Source of the DNA: Treponemataceae bacterium
GTDB taxonomy: Bacteria > Spirochaetota > Spirochaetia > Treponematales > Rectinemataceae
DNA length: 64,000 nucleotides
NCBI GenBank assembly: GCA_963677895.2
Contig: CAXXGJ010000018.1
Span: 96,001-160,000, forward strand
Direction of reading: 5' to 3'
A program made the translations under genes and the position numbers. Below are positions 50,198 through 58,190 of the stretch, piece by piece (position 1 is the first letter of the stretch; each line of letters starts with the position of its first letter). A model generated the notes under the pieces. The model was not told where the DNA came from. It saw only the letters and a list, made by a program, of their open reading frames with translations, and made no database searches.

Positions 50198-51091
50198 TCA
50201 GATCCCCCCGGCCTTGGTTTTGATGAAGGTCCCGGCGTCGAACTCCGCGAATGCCTTGCGGAGTTCGTCCCTCGTGTTCATGACGATGGGACCGCCCCAG
50301 GCTATGGGTTCGTTGAGCGGCTGTCCCGCGATGAAAAGGAAGGAAGCGCCGATAGTCTTGTCGGTTTTGGCTTCGACGAAATCCGTCGATCCCGCGGTCG
50401 TCACGATGTCGCCCGCGGCGGGGAAATGGCCCAATATGCCCGATTCCAGCCTCGTGCCGGCGAAATCGGCCTTCCCTCTGAAAACATAGGCCGCGGCATT
50501 GTGAGACGCGGGAATGGGTATCCGGATCTTCGCGCCGGCTTCCATCGTCACGATGAGATAGAGCACGGGCACGAAGAGGTCGGGCGTCGCGCCGGTCTTG
50601 CCGGCGAAGCTTCCGGCCAGGATGGCGATCTCGCATCCATTTTCCTTGATGCGGTGGATTTCGGCGGCGTTCACGGCCCGATAGCGCGGCGTCGTCATCT
50701 TGAGGCTGGCGGGCAGGTTCACCCAGAGCTGGAAGCCTTCCATGAGCTTGCCGTCTGCCCCCGGCTCCGGCATCTCCTGATGGATAATTCCCGATCCGGC
50801 CGTCATCCACTGGGCGTCGCCGGGATAGATCGTCCCCTTGTTCCGCATCGAATCTCCGTGGGCAACCTTGCCGGCCAAGAGATAGGTGACGGTTTCGATC
50901 CCTCTATGGGGATGCCAAGGAAATCCCGCCAGGTAGTCATCTGGATTGTCCGAGCCGAAGTGATCGAGAAGCAGAAAGGGATCGAAGGTATGCCGCTCGT
51001 CGAAGCCGAAAACCCGATTCAGCTTCACGCCCGCGCCGTCCACCGAAGGAACGGCGCTGATTACTTCGCCGATAGCGCGGCCGCCGCTCAT
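50198..51091 (-). CDS. Pirin-family protein
   Basis: DGAGV, DPFLLLD, GFPWHPHRGIETVTY, QWMTAGSGIIHQEMP, FQLWVNLP and GPIVMNT. Confidence 0.95.
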   Translation of the reverse strand: MSGGRAIGEVISAVPSVDGAGVKLNRVFGFDERHTFDPFLLLDHFGSDNPDDYLAGFPWHPHRGIETVTYLLAGKVAHGDSMRNKGTIYPGDAQWMTAGSGIIHQEMPEPGADGKLMEGFQLWVNLPASLKMTTPRYRAVNAAEIHRIKENGCEIAILAGSFAGKTGATPDLFVPVLYLIVTMEAGAKIRIPIPASHNAAAYVFRGKADFAGTRLESGILGHFPAAGDIVTTAGSTDFVEAKTDKTIGASFLFIAGQPLNEPIAWGGPIVMNTRDELRKAFAEFDAGTFIKTKAGGI

Positions 51092-51240
51092 CGTACGCCC
51101 TCGTCGCAGGGACCTTCTTCCTTATCGGGTCTCGAAGTCTCGTTGCTGTGGGGTTCGGTGCATCTTTCGAGAGCGTTTTTATCTTTCTTTTTGTCTTCCT
51201 TGGATTTCGTCTTCGTCTTTTCGGCATCGCCGGTTTTCAT
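51088..51240 (-). CDS. Small 50-aa charged protein with two cysteines, coupled to pirin
   Basis: AAGGAGG lies 5 nt before ATG 51240. Its TGA overlaps the pirin ATG (ATGA). Sequence: MKTGDAEKTKTKSKEDKKKDKNALERCTEPHSNETSRPDKEEGPCDEGVR. Confidence 0.7.
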   Translation of the reverse strand: MKTGDAEKTKTKSKEDKKKDKNALERCTEPHSNETSRPDKEEGPCDEGVR

Positions 51241-51373
51241 ACAATCCTCCTTATGTAAATGTACCATTAAAGTACTTCGGAATCCTCCGCGGAGCAAATT
51301 TGTCCGGCCTGGCCTCCCGGCGACGCGATGGCAGTGAGGCGGTGTCGGCGCGCGCGGCGAGCCGAAGCCAGCT

Positions 51374-51943
51374 TTATTCTCCGAAGCGGAAACGTCTGAC
51401 TATCTCGTGGCGCGCGCCTTTAGGCGACAGCGTGGACTCCATGAGGTCGAAGGATTCGGGGATGAAGGAGAGCCGAGGGAGCGCGGGGAAAGCGGCTGCC
51501 CGGAGGGAGGCGGGCAGGGCGCCCTGTCCCTTGAATCGGGCGAGCGTGAGATGCGCGAGCCATGGTCTTGTTTCGCGTTCGGCGCCAACCTCCGCCGCCA
51601 GCCGCCTCGCCGCGGCGATGACTGGATCGAGCGCTCCTTCCGGCAGCAGTGAAAAGCCGAGATGGAGGACGCGCGGAGTCCTGGCGGAAGGCAGATAGCC
51701 GAGGCTTTCGGCGTTTAGGCGGGGAGCGGCGATTTTCCCGGCTAGGCTATCCAGCCCGGCGGCCACGGCGGAGCGTCCGGCATCGTCCATCTCCCCGAAA
51801 AAATGGAGCGTTAGGTGATAGGAGCGCGGATCGACCCATGAAGGTCGCATAACTTCATATCGCAGCTTGATCTTGGTTGTGAAATCGCCTAACGTATTCT
51901 TGACGTCGTCGCTGAAATTTATGGCTAGAAAAAGCCTATGCAT
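51374..51943 (-). CDS. thpR: RNA 2',3'-cyclic phosphodiesterase (2H phosphoesterase)
   Basis: RLFLAI and two HxT motifs (YHLTLHFFG, AHLTLARF), then LMESTL. Confidence 0.9.
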   Translation of the reverse strand: MHRLFLAINFSDDVKNTLGDFTTKIKLRYEVMRPSWVDPRSYHLTLHFFGEMDDAGRSAVAAGLDSLAGKIAAPRLNAESLGYLPSARTPRVLHLGFSLLPEGALDPVIAAARRLAAEVGAERETRPWLAHLTLARFKGQGALPASLRAAAFPALPRLSFIPESFDLMESTLSPKGARHEIVRRFRFGE

Positions 51944-51991
51944 CCCGCGCCTCCGCTTGCCGCGTCTTTGCCCGCCTCCCTGTCCGCGCCC

Positions 51992-52723
51992 CTAGGCCAG
52001 ATAATCCGGCTTGATGTGGCTCATCGATTTGAAGATGTTCCGCTTGGCGAGACTGGAGCCCGAGGTAAGGTTCTCTATCAGCTTTCTCGTGGTCTTTCGC
52101 GCTCCCTCGCTGTTGAAGCCGCAGGTGCAGGTGTGCGACGTGAACCCGAGCTCATTGGCGCAGGCAATCACCTGCCTTTCTTCGCAAAGCGCCAAGGGGC
52201 GGATGACCGTGAGGGGGTAGTTGTTGTATTTCATCACGGGCGGCATCGTGGCGAATTCGCCCTTCCTCATCATGTTCATGAAGAGGGTCTCGAGGATGTC
52301 GTCCATGTGGTGGCCAAGCGCGAGCTTGTTGAATCCATTCGCCCTGGCGTAGCGCGACAGCTCCGTGCGACGTTGTGTGGCGCACCAGAAACAGTTCATG
52401 GTTTCGCCGGGTTTGAGCCTGCCCGCGACGGGCACGTCGATGCGCCTGTAGGGGATGCGCCATTCGGCCATCCGCGCCGCTATCCACGAATCGTCCGTCT
52501 TTTCGGCCAGGCCCGCTTCGTTCATGTCGCTGGCGATGAAACAAGCTTCGATTTCGAAAGGCACTTCCCACCATGACCGCTTCATGGAAAGATCGCGCGC
52601 GAGGCAGCTCGAGTCTTTGCCGCCCGAGACGCCGATGAGGATGCGGTCGCCGGGGCTTATCATCTCGTAATGGCGCAGCGCGATCTCGATGAGTTTGGCG
52701 AGTGTGGTCTCGGCGTTTTTCAC
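51992..52723 (-). CDS. TtcA-like tRNA 2-thiocytidine biosynthesis PP-loop protein
   Basis: PP-loop GVSGGKDS, NCFWCA, LGHHMDDILET, IRPL and CTCG. The GTG start at 52723 overlaps the hslO stop. Confidence 0.85.
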   Translation of the reverse strand: MKNAETTLAKLIEIALRHYEMISPGDRILIGVSGGKDSSCLARDLSMKRSWWEVPFEIEACFIASDMNEAGLAEKTDDSWIAARMAEWRIPYRRIDVPVAGRLKPGETMNCFWCATQRRTELSRYARANGFNKLALGHHMDDILETLFMNMMRKGEFATMPPVMKYNNYPLTVIRPLALCEERQVIACANELGFTSHTCTCGFNSEGARKTTRKLIENLTSGSSLAKRNIFKSMSHIKPDYLA

Positions 52724-53664
52724 AATCGGGAGCCTTTTTCCACCTCTGTTTTTTCGAAAGCGTAGGTGGATGAACAGTAATGGCATTGCGCTTCGAGCGG
52801 CCAAGGGCCATTTTCCAGGATATCCGCGATTATCGCTTTGTCCAGGGAGGCGATGTGGCTCAGGAAGCGTTCGCGGGAGCAGGGACAGTCGAAATAGAAT
52901 TCACTCTCGGCCGTTCTCAGCGCCCCGACATCGCCAAAAATCGACGCGATAAGGTTGTCCCTCGTCCCCCCTTGAGCGAACCAGAGTCCCAGAGGCGGCA
53001 GCGACTGGAGCTTCGACTCGGCCAGGGCGAGAAATTCGTCTTCCGCGCCAGGCATGGCCTGGAGCAGGAGGGCACCGGCACCATGGGGAAGGCCTTCCTG
53101 GGTGAAATAGATGCCCGAATCGATGGCGGTCCTGGTCTGTTCCGATTCGAAGAAGTAATGGGTAAGGTCCTTGTTGATGTTGCCTGTATGGAGAGGCACG
53201 GAGCCCATGAAGGGCTTCGATTCGCCTTCGATCCTGGTTATCGAGAGGGACCCTTGACCGAAAAGGGCGGCGGGGGAATCGACGGTCATCGCTTCCTTGG
53301 GCAGCGGGTTCACGAAGAGTCTTCCTCGCGCGTTTATTCTTCCCGAAGGCAGTTTCATGCCTTCGGCGCTCATGCCTTCGGCGGGACCGGAACCGTCGAT
53401 ACGCAGCATGATGCTTCCCGGATCCTTGAGAAGCGAGGCCATGAGGCCGGCGCAGAGCATCCCTTTCCCCAGCGTCAGCGTTTCCAGGGGGCCGAGCTCG
53501 TGGTTCGCCCTCAACTGGCAGATGGCCCGCGTGCCATGGACAAGAACGCCCCTCATCTGGATTTCGCTTCCGCGAGGGCCCATGGAAAACCAGGTGACAC
53601 CATCGGGGCTCAAGGTGGAGAGGTGAAGTTCCAGGGAAGGATCGTTGAGTGCTTTCCTTATCAT
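52720..53664 (-). CDS. hslO: Hsp33 redox-regulated chaperone
   Basis: HYFFESEQ, LLLQAMPGA, and the Zn switch CPCS...CHYC. Confidence 0.9.
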   Translation of the reverse strand: MIRKALNDPSLELHLSTLSPDGVTWFSMGPRGSEIQMRGVLVHGTRAICQLRANHELGPLETLTLGKGMLCAGLMASLLKDPGSIMLRIDGSGPAEGMSAEGMKLPSGRINARGRLFVNPLPKEAMTVDSPAALFGQGSLSITRIEGESKPFMGSVPLHTGNINKDLTHYFFESEQTRTAIDSGIYFTQEGLPHGAGALLLQAMPGAEDEFLALAESKLQSLPPLGLWFAQGGTRDNLIASIFGDVGALRTAESEFYFDCPCSRERFLSHIASLDKAIIADILENGPWPLEAQCHYCSSTYAFEKTEVEKGSRL

Positions 53665-53954
53665 GAGCGGAATGTACGCGCAAGGCACAGCCCTGGTCAA
53701 GCGCGCTCCGGCGTCATCGACGCCGCGATAAAGTGCCGCGCGTCAGGCGAGCGGCATTTTCGAGATAGTCCCATTTTGATTCCTGGGAAATATTTTCCCA
53801 TAGTGAGAATTTTCTCCTGTATTAGGCTGATCCGCGGTTCAGCTTTTTTCGAGCTTATACTGATCTTTTTTCGCAAATCCCTACATACGCTCCGCTTTTG
53901 ACGATTTTTCCGGAAAATCTCCGGGAAATACCGGAAAAATAATAATTATAAAAT

Positions 53955-53970
53955 TGGCATGAAATTTGCA
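53955..53970 (+). promoter_or_regulatory. Sigma54 (-24/-12) promoter
   Basis: TGGCATGAAATTTGCA has GG-N10-GC spacing and is close to the consensus TGGCAC-N5-TTGCW. It lies 35 bp before the ATG, which has an AAGGAGG RBS. Confidence 0.75.
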
Positions 53971-54005
53971 TTAATAATCTACGCTATCGTTCTCAAGGAG
54001 GAATC

Positions 54006-54896
54006 ATGAAGGTGAAAAGTCTGAAACTGAAAAAGGGCGCGGGAAATATCAGGCATATCGTGCAGGCCGCTTTTTTCGTGATCGTGGCGATCACGACCAC
54101 GGTGGCGATCCTGAACGAAAAAGGATTGGCCATACCATTCATACCCGATGCCTCGCTCCACGCGGTCTGTCCCTTCGGCGGGGTGGTTTCATTCTGGCAG
54201 CTGCTGAATTTCGGAACGCTCGTGAAAAAGGTTCACGAGTCTTCGGTCGTTCTGGCCGCGCTCGGGCTTCTGCTCTCTCTTCTTTTCGGCCCGGTTATCT
54301 GCGGTTGGGTATGCCCCTTCGGCACCTTCCAGGAGTGGATGGGAAAGCTGGGCAGAAAACTGTTCGGCAGGAAGTACAACAATTTCGTGCCTCGCCGACT
54401 GGATAAGGTCCTGCGCTATCTGCGCTACCTCGTTCTCATTTGGGTCAGCTACATGACGGTCGTCACCGGAAAACTAATCTTCCAGGACTACGATCCCTAC
54501 TTCACCCTCTTCAATTTCTGGACGGGAGAGGTAGCGATCACCGGCTATATAGCGCTCGCGCTGGTCATCGTGCTGTCGCTCTTCGTCGAGAGACCTTTCT
54601 GCAAATATGCCTGTCCCTATGGCGCCGTCCAGGGAATCTTCAATCTGTTCAGGATTTTCGGAATAAGGCGGAACGCGCCTTCCTGCATTTCCTGCAAAAA
54701 ATGCGATAAAGCCTGCCCGATGAACATCGAGGTTTCGACTTCGAAGGTCGTGAGAGACCATCAATGCATTTCCTGCCTCGAATGCACGAGCGACGCGGCA
54801 TGCCCGGTATCGGCCACCGTCGAGATGCTCGCGTTGCCGGGAAGGGTCAAGGACAGCTTCGTGAAACCGGCAGTCAAAAACGCGGACAAGGAATAA
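54006..54896 (+). CDS. Membrane 4Fe-4S-binding protein (NapH/YccM/NosR-C-like)
   Basis: CGWVCPFG and FCKYACPYG (CxxxCP) motifs, ferredoxin motifs CISCKKCDKACP and CISCLEC...ACP, and about 5 transmembrane helices. Confidence 0.88.
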   Translation: MKVKSLKLKKGAGNIRHIVQAAFFVIVAITTTVAILNEKGLAIPFIPDASLHAVCPFGGVVSFWQLLNFGTLVKKVHESSVVLAALGLLLSLLFGPVICGWVCPFGTFQEWMGKLGRKLFGRKYNNFVPRRLDKVLRYLRYLVLIWVSYMTVVTGKLIFQDYDPYFTLFNFWTGEVAITGYIALALVIVLSLFVERPFCKYACPYGAVQGIFNLFRIFGIRRNAPSCISCKKCDKACPMNIEVSTSKVVRDHQCISCLECTSDAACPVSATVEMLALPGRVKDSFVKPAVKNADKE

Positions 54897-54908
54897 GGGA
54901 GGCCGAAC

Positions 54909-55760
54909 ATGAAACTTACAATCAAATCCATGGGGATCATCGTCGTTGGCGCTTTCGTCGCGGGCATCGCCGGCGCCGCCGTACTGGGGTTCTGGAAGAC
55001 GACAAGCTCCAAGCAGCCGGTCGCCATCAAGGAGGGGGAGTTCGCCGGTCTCCCGAATCCTTCCGATATACGCGGCTCCTATACCTGGGCCGACGTGGCA
55101 AAGGCCTTCAACTTCGATGTAAAGCTCGCTCTGGACGCTTTTGGCGCCGCCAGCGAGACCGAAAAAGTGAACACCCTCGAAACGATCTATGGCGAAGCGG
55201 GCTTGCCTGAAGGCGTGGAGATTGGCACCGATTCCGTAAGGCTATTCGTGAGCCTGCTCACCGGTCTGCCCCATACGTCCGAAGAAGGGACGATACTTCC
55301 CTCTTCCGCGATCGCCGTGCTCCGCGAATACGGGAAGGCCGAAACCTCCCTCATCGAAGCCGCGGCGGCGAAAGCTTTTGATCCGTTGGCCGCCGCGAGC
55401 CCTGGGCCGGCAAGCCCCCTTCCAGCGAGTCCCGCTCCCGCGAGCCCGGCTTCAGCGAGCGCGTCCCCCGCGAAACCCGCGCCGACACCAGCCCCCGCGG
55501 CCTCATCGTCGACTACGACAATCACGACGGTCAAGGCGGAAAGCGCCGCCGTTGAGCATGTCGCCACGCCGGGCACCATAACGGGCAAGACGACCTTCAA
55601 GGAACTGAAGGACTGGGGGCTGGACGAGGAGAAGATCAAGACCGCCACCGGCGGGAAGACCGGCCCCGACAGCTCGGTGATCAAAGACTGGGCGGCTGCC
55701 AACGGGCTTACTTTCTCGGAGCTGAAGGTCAAGCTACAGGACCTTTTCCCGGCCCCATGA
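54909..55760 (+). CDS. Membrane-anchored hypothetical protein with two related small domains and a Pro/Ala linker
   Basis: GGAGG RBS and an N-terminal transmembrane helix. PSDIRGSYTWADV and PGTITGKTTFKEL segments resemble each other. Confidence 0.8.
   Translation: MKLTIKSMGIIVVGAFVAGIAGAAVLGFWKTTSSKQPVAIKEGEFAGLPNPSDIRGSYTWADVAKAFNFDVKLALDAFGAASETEKVNTLETIYGEAGLPEGVEIGTDSVRLFVSLLTGLPHTSEEGTILPSSAIAVLREYGKAETSLIEAAAAKAFDPLAAASPGPASPLPASPAPASPASASASPAKPAPTPAPAASSSTTTITTVKAESAAVEHVATPGTITGKTTFKELKDWGLDEEKIKTATGGKTGPDSSVIKDWAAANGLTFSELKVKLQDLFPAP
55395..55484 (+). repeat. Six imperfect 15-bp tandem units encoding an ASPxP-type linker
   Basis: GCGAGCCCTGGGCCG GCAAGCCCCCTTCCA GCGAGTCCCGCTCCC GCGAGCCCGGCTTCA GCGAGCGCGTCCCCC GCGAAACCCGCGCCG. 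Confidence 0.7.
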
Positions 55761-55782
55761 AGCCCTAAGTCGGGGATTGAGC

Positions 55783-56398
55783 CTATCGTCCTATGACGGA
55801 GTTTATGAAGGTGACGAGAACGTCGAGAGCCCTCTCGTTCGCGCCGCCTTCGGGTATGATGATATCGGCGAAGGATTTCGTGGGTTCGATGAATTCATAG
55901 TGACCCGGGCGGACGACGGTCAGATATTGTTCGACGACCGAATCCAGGGTCCTGCCGCGTTCCTTGATGTCGCGGATGAGCCTTCGGATGAACCTGATGT
56001 CGTCCGGCGTATCCACGAAAATCTTCAGATCGATGAGATCGCGCACCGCTTTGTTGGTAAAAATCATTATGCCTTCGAACAGGATCACCTTTTGCGGCGC
56101 CATATGCACCGTTTCCTGACGTCCGCCTGTGGTGGACGAAGTCGTAGGTGGGCATTTCGATGCTTTCGCCTTTCTTGAGCGCCGTCAGGTGTTCGATGAG
56201 GAGATCGTTGTCGAAGGCGTCGGGGTGGTCGAAATTGAACGCGGTGATATTGGCGTTCGAAATGTATTCAGCCGATTTGTAATAATTATCCTGAGGTATG
56301 AAAACGAAGTCGGAGACGAGTTCCGAAATTTTCCTGACGATGGTGGTCTTGCCGGAACCCGTGCCGCCGCAGATGCCTATCACTTTAGAAGCTGTCAT
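55783..56398 (-). pseudogene. udk: Uridine kinase split by one extra base near 56119 (pseudogene or sequence error)
   Basis: The 5' frame has [26 protein letters not shown] and [11 protein letters not shown]. The 3' frame has [32 protein letters not shown] and FIEPTK. Removing one nucleotide joins them. Confidence 0.85.
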
Positions 56399-56480
56399 CG
56401 GATAAGCCTAGCACGGGACGCGAAAAGCGTAAATGAGTCAAAAAAAGGATCGATCGGAATAAGGAATCGTCGCCGCGGCG

Positions 56481-56528
56481 ATCGCCAGACGATCATTGCC
56501 AGGCATCGCCAGGCGGTCATTGCCAGGC
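56481..56528. repeat. 24-bp tandem duplication covering the nitroreductase stop codon
   Basis: ATCGCCAGACGATCATTGCCAGGC followed by ATCGCCAGGCGGTCATTGCCAGGC (22/24 identical). Confidence 0.75.
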
Positions 56529-57090
56529 GACGCCAAAGCTGTCCATGAAGAATGTCTCCCCGAGCGGCTTGCGGCTCCGCGCCGAATCTTCGCTTTTCCT
56601 CGGGCCTTCGGCCAGGAGTGCCGGATCGCCGGGCTTTCCCACGGCCATCACGCAGAGGGCGACCAGTTCAGGCGGAATGCCGAGCGCGGTCTTCATCTTG
56701 GCCGGCGCGAAGCCCGCCATCGGATGGGCGTAGAGACCTTCCCGCTGCGCCTGAAGCTGCAGCGCCATCGCCGCCTGGCCGAGATCGAAGAAAGAATAGT
56801 CCCTTCCGCCGTCCTGTCTGCAGTCCAGGTGGGGGCCTGTCACGAAGACAAGGAGCAGGGGAGCGGCCAGGGCCCAGGAATTGCCCGGCGTCAGCGCTTC
56901 GGCCACCGCCTTGTAGCAGTCGTTTCCTTCCCGCTTTTCAACGGCGATGATACGCCATGCCTGATTGTTGAAACATGAAGGCGCGAGGGAAGCCGCCTCG
57001 AGCAGCCTGGTTACGGTTTTCCTGTCGAGGGCTTCGTCCGGAAATCGCCCTTCGCGCCCTTCGGCCCGCCAGCTCAGGAAGCAGATCCAT
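56517..57090 (-). pseudogene. Nitroreductase-family protein split by one extra base near 57039 (pseudogene or sequence error)
   Basis: GGAGG plus ATG 57090 gives MDLLPELAGRRARRAIS. After skipping one nucleotide it continues DEALDRKTVTRLLEAASLAPSCFNNQAWR...FDLGQAAMALQLQA...HPMAGF...VGKPG. Confidence 0.85.
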
Positions 57091-57964
57091 GGTTTCCTCC
57101 ATTCATGAGAAATCGTTCCACTTCGTCGACCATGGAATCCGGCGTCGAGGCGCCGGCCGAAAGTCCGACTTTATCGAAGGCGAAAATCTCGTCGGGCAGC
57201 TCCTCCGCCGTCTCTATATGCCATGCCGGCTTGCCCGATTCCACGGCGGCCATGAAAAGACGCTGCGTGTTGGCCGAATTTTTTCCTCCGACGATGATGA
57301 GGGCATCCACCTGGCCCGCGAGCTTCGCGAGGGCGTCCTGCCTCTCGCCCGTCGCGGGGCACAGTGTTTCCACCGCCAGGAAGGAGGGGCTCAGACTCTG
57401 GAATTGGGCGACGATGGCGTCATACTCGCTCTGCTTGATCGTCGTCTGGGCTATCAGCGCCACGGGACGCGCCACCCAGGACTCGGCCAGCGCCTTGGCT
57501 TCCTGGGCGTTTTCCACGACCACTGCTCCCGGGGCGCAGCCGAGAATGCCGGCGACTTCCCCATGGGAACGATCGCCAGCTATGGCGACCGAATATCCCC
57601 GATCGATCAGTTCGCTCGCCTTTTTTTGGCTCCTGAGCACGCGGGGGCAGGTGGCGTCCATGATGCGGGCGCCCAGTCGCTTGAGGTGTTCGAAGGCTTC
57701 GGGAGGAGCTCCGTGAGCCCTGATGACGACGATGGAACCGCTTGCCTTCCCGTCCAGCGATCCTGAGTCGAATTCTTCAGGATCAAGCACGCTCAGGCCG
57801 GCTTTTTCAAGCTCCGCGACCGCCTGGGGATTGTGTATGAGGGGACCATAGGTGAACACGGGACGGCCTTCTTTCTGTCCCTCGCATGCCGCCTGCCTGG
57901 CCATGGCCTCGGCTCGTCGGACGCCCATGCACATCCCGAGAACTCCGGCTCTTATTATTGTCAT
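57074..57964 (-). CDS. ispH: 4-hydroxy-3-methylbut-2-enyl diphosphate reductase
   Basis: GMCMGVRRA, LIHN, IRAHG, DATCP, HGEV, QTT, TLCPAT, GGKNSANT and AGASTP. The start is 57964 or 57979. Confidence 0.95.
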   Translation of the reverse strand: MTIIRAGVLGMCMGVRRAEAMARQAACEGQKEGRPVFTYGPLIHNPQAVAELEKAGLSVLDPEEFDSGSLDGKASGSIVVIRAHGAPPEAFEHLKRLGARIMDATCPRVLRSQKKASELIDRGYSVAIAGDRSHGEVAGILGCAPGAVVVENAQEAKALAESWVARPVALIAQTTIKQSEYDAIVAQFQSLSPSFLAVETLCPATGERQDALAKLAGQVDALIIVGGKNSANTQRLFMAAVESGKPAWHIETAEELPDEIFAFDKVGLSAGASTPDSMVDEVERFLMNGGNHGSAS

Positions 57965-58026
57965 ATGGCGACTATACATCAGCCTCCGCCTTTTGTCATT
58001 CAGGTTTTCACCCTCTCCCCGGGCTT

Positions 58027-58065
58027 AAAGCATAAATATCCAATAATTGTAAATAATTATATAAT
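58027..58065. promoter_or_regulatory. Tandem ARG-box-like sites upstream of arcC
   Basis: AAAGCATAAATATCCAAT, 3 bp, TGTAAATAATTATATAAT. Both resemble WNTGAATAAWWATTCANW and have the canonical 3-bp spacing. A promoter TTGCCG-16-TATACT lies at 58089-58116. Confidence 0.55.
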
Positions 58066-58190
58066 AAAAGAATAGGATCATATCCCGCTTGCCGGACGGG
58101 CAAAAAATGATATACTGGCAGGTCTGCGCAGCGCGGGCGCGGATACGTAAAATTGTTTTCCGAAGTCAGCCGCGTTTGCCGAAAGGAGAG

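Noticed and set aside
55395..56528. Possible CRISPR array from the short repeats in this region
   Set aside because: The repeats are directly tandem with no unique spacers, one set is a coding linker, and no cas genes are present.
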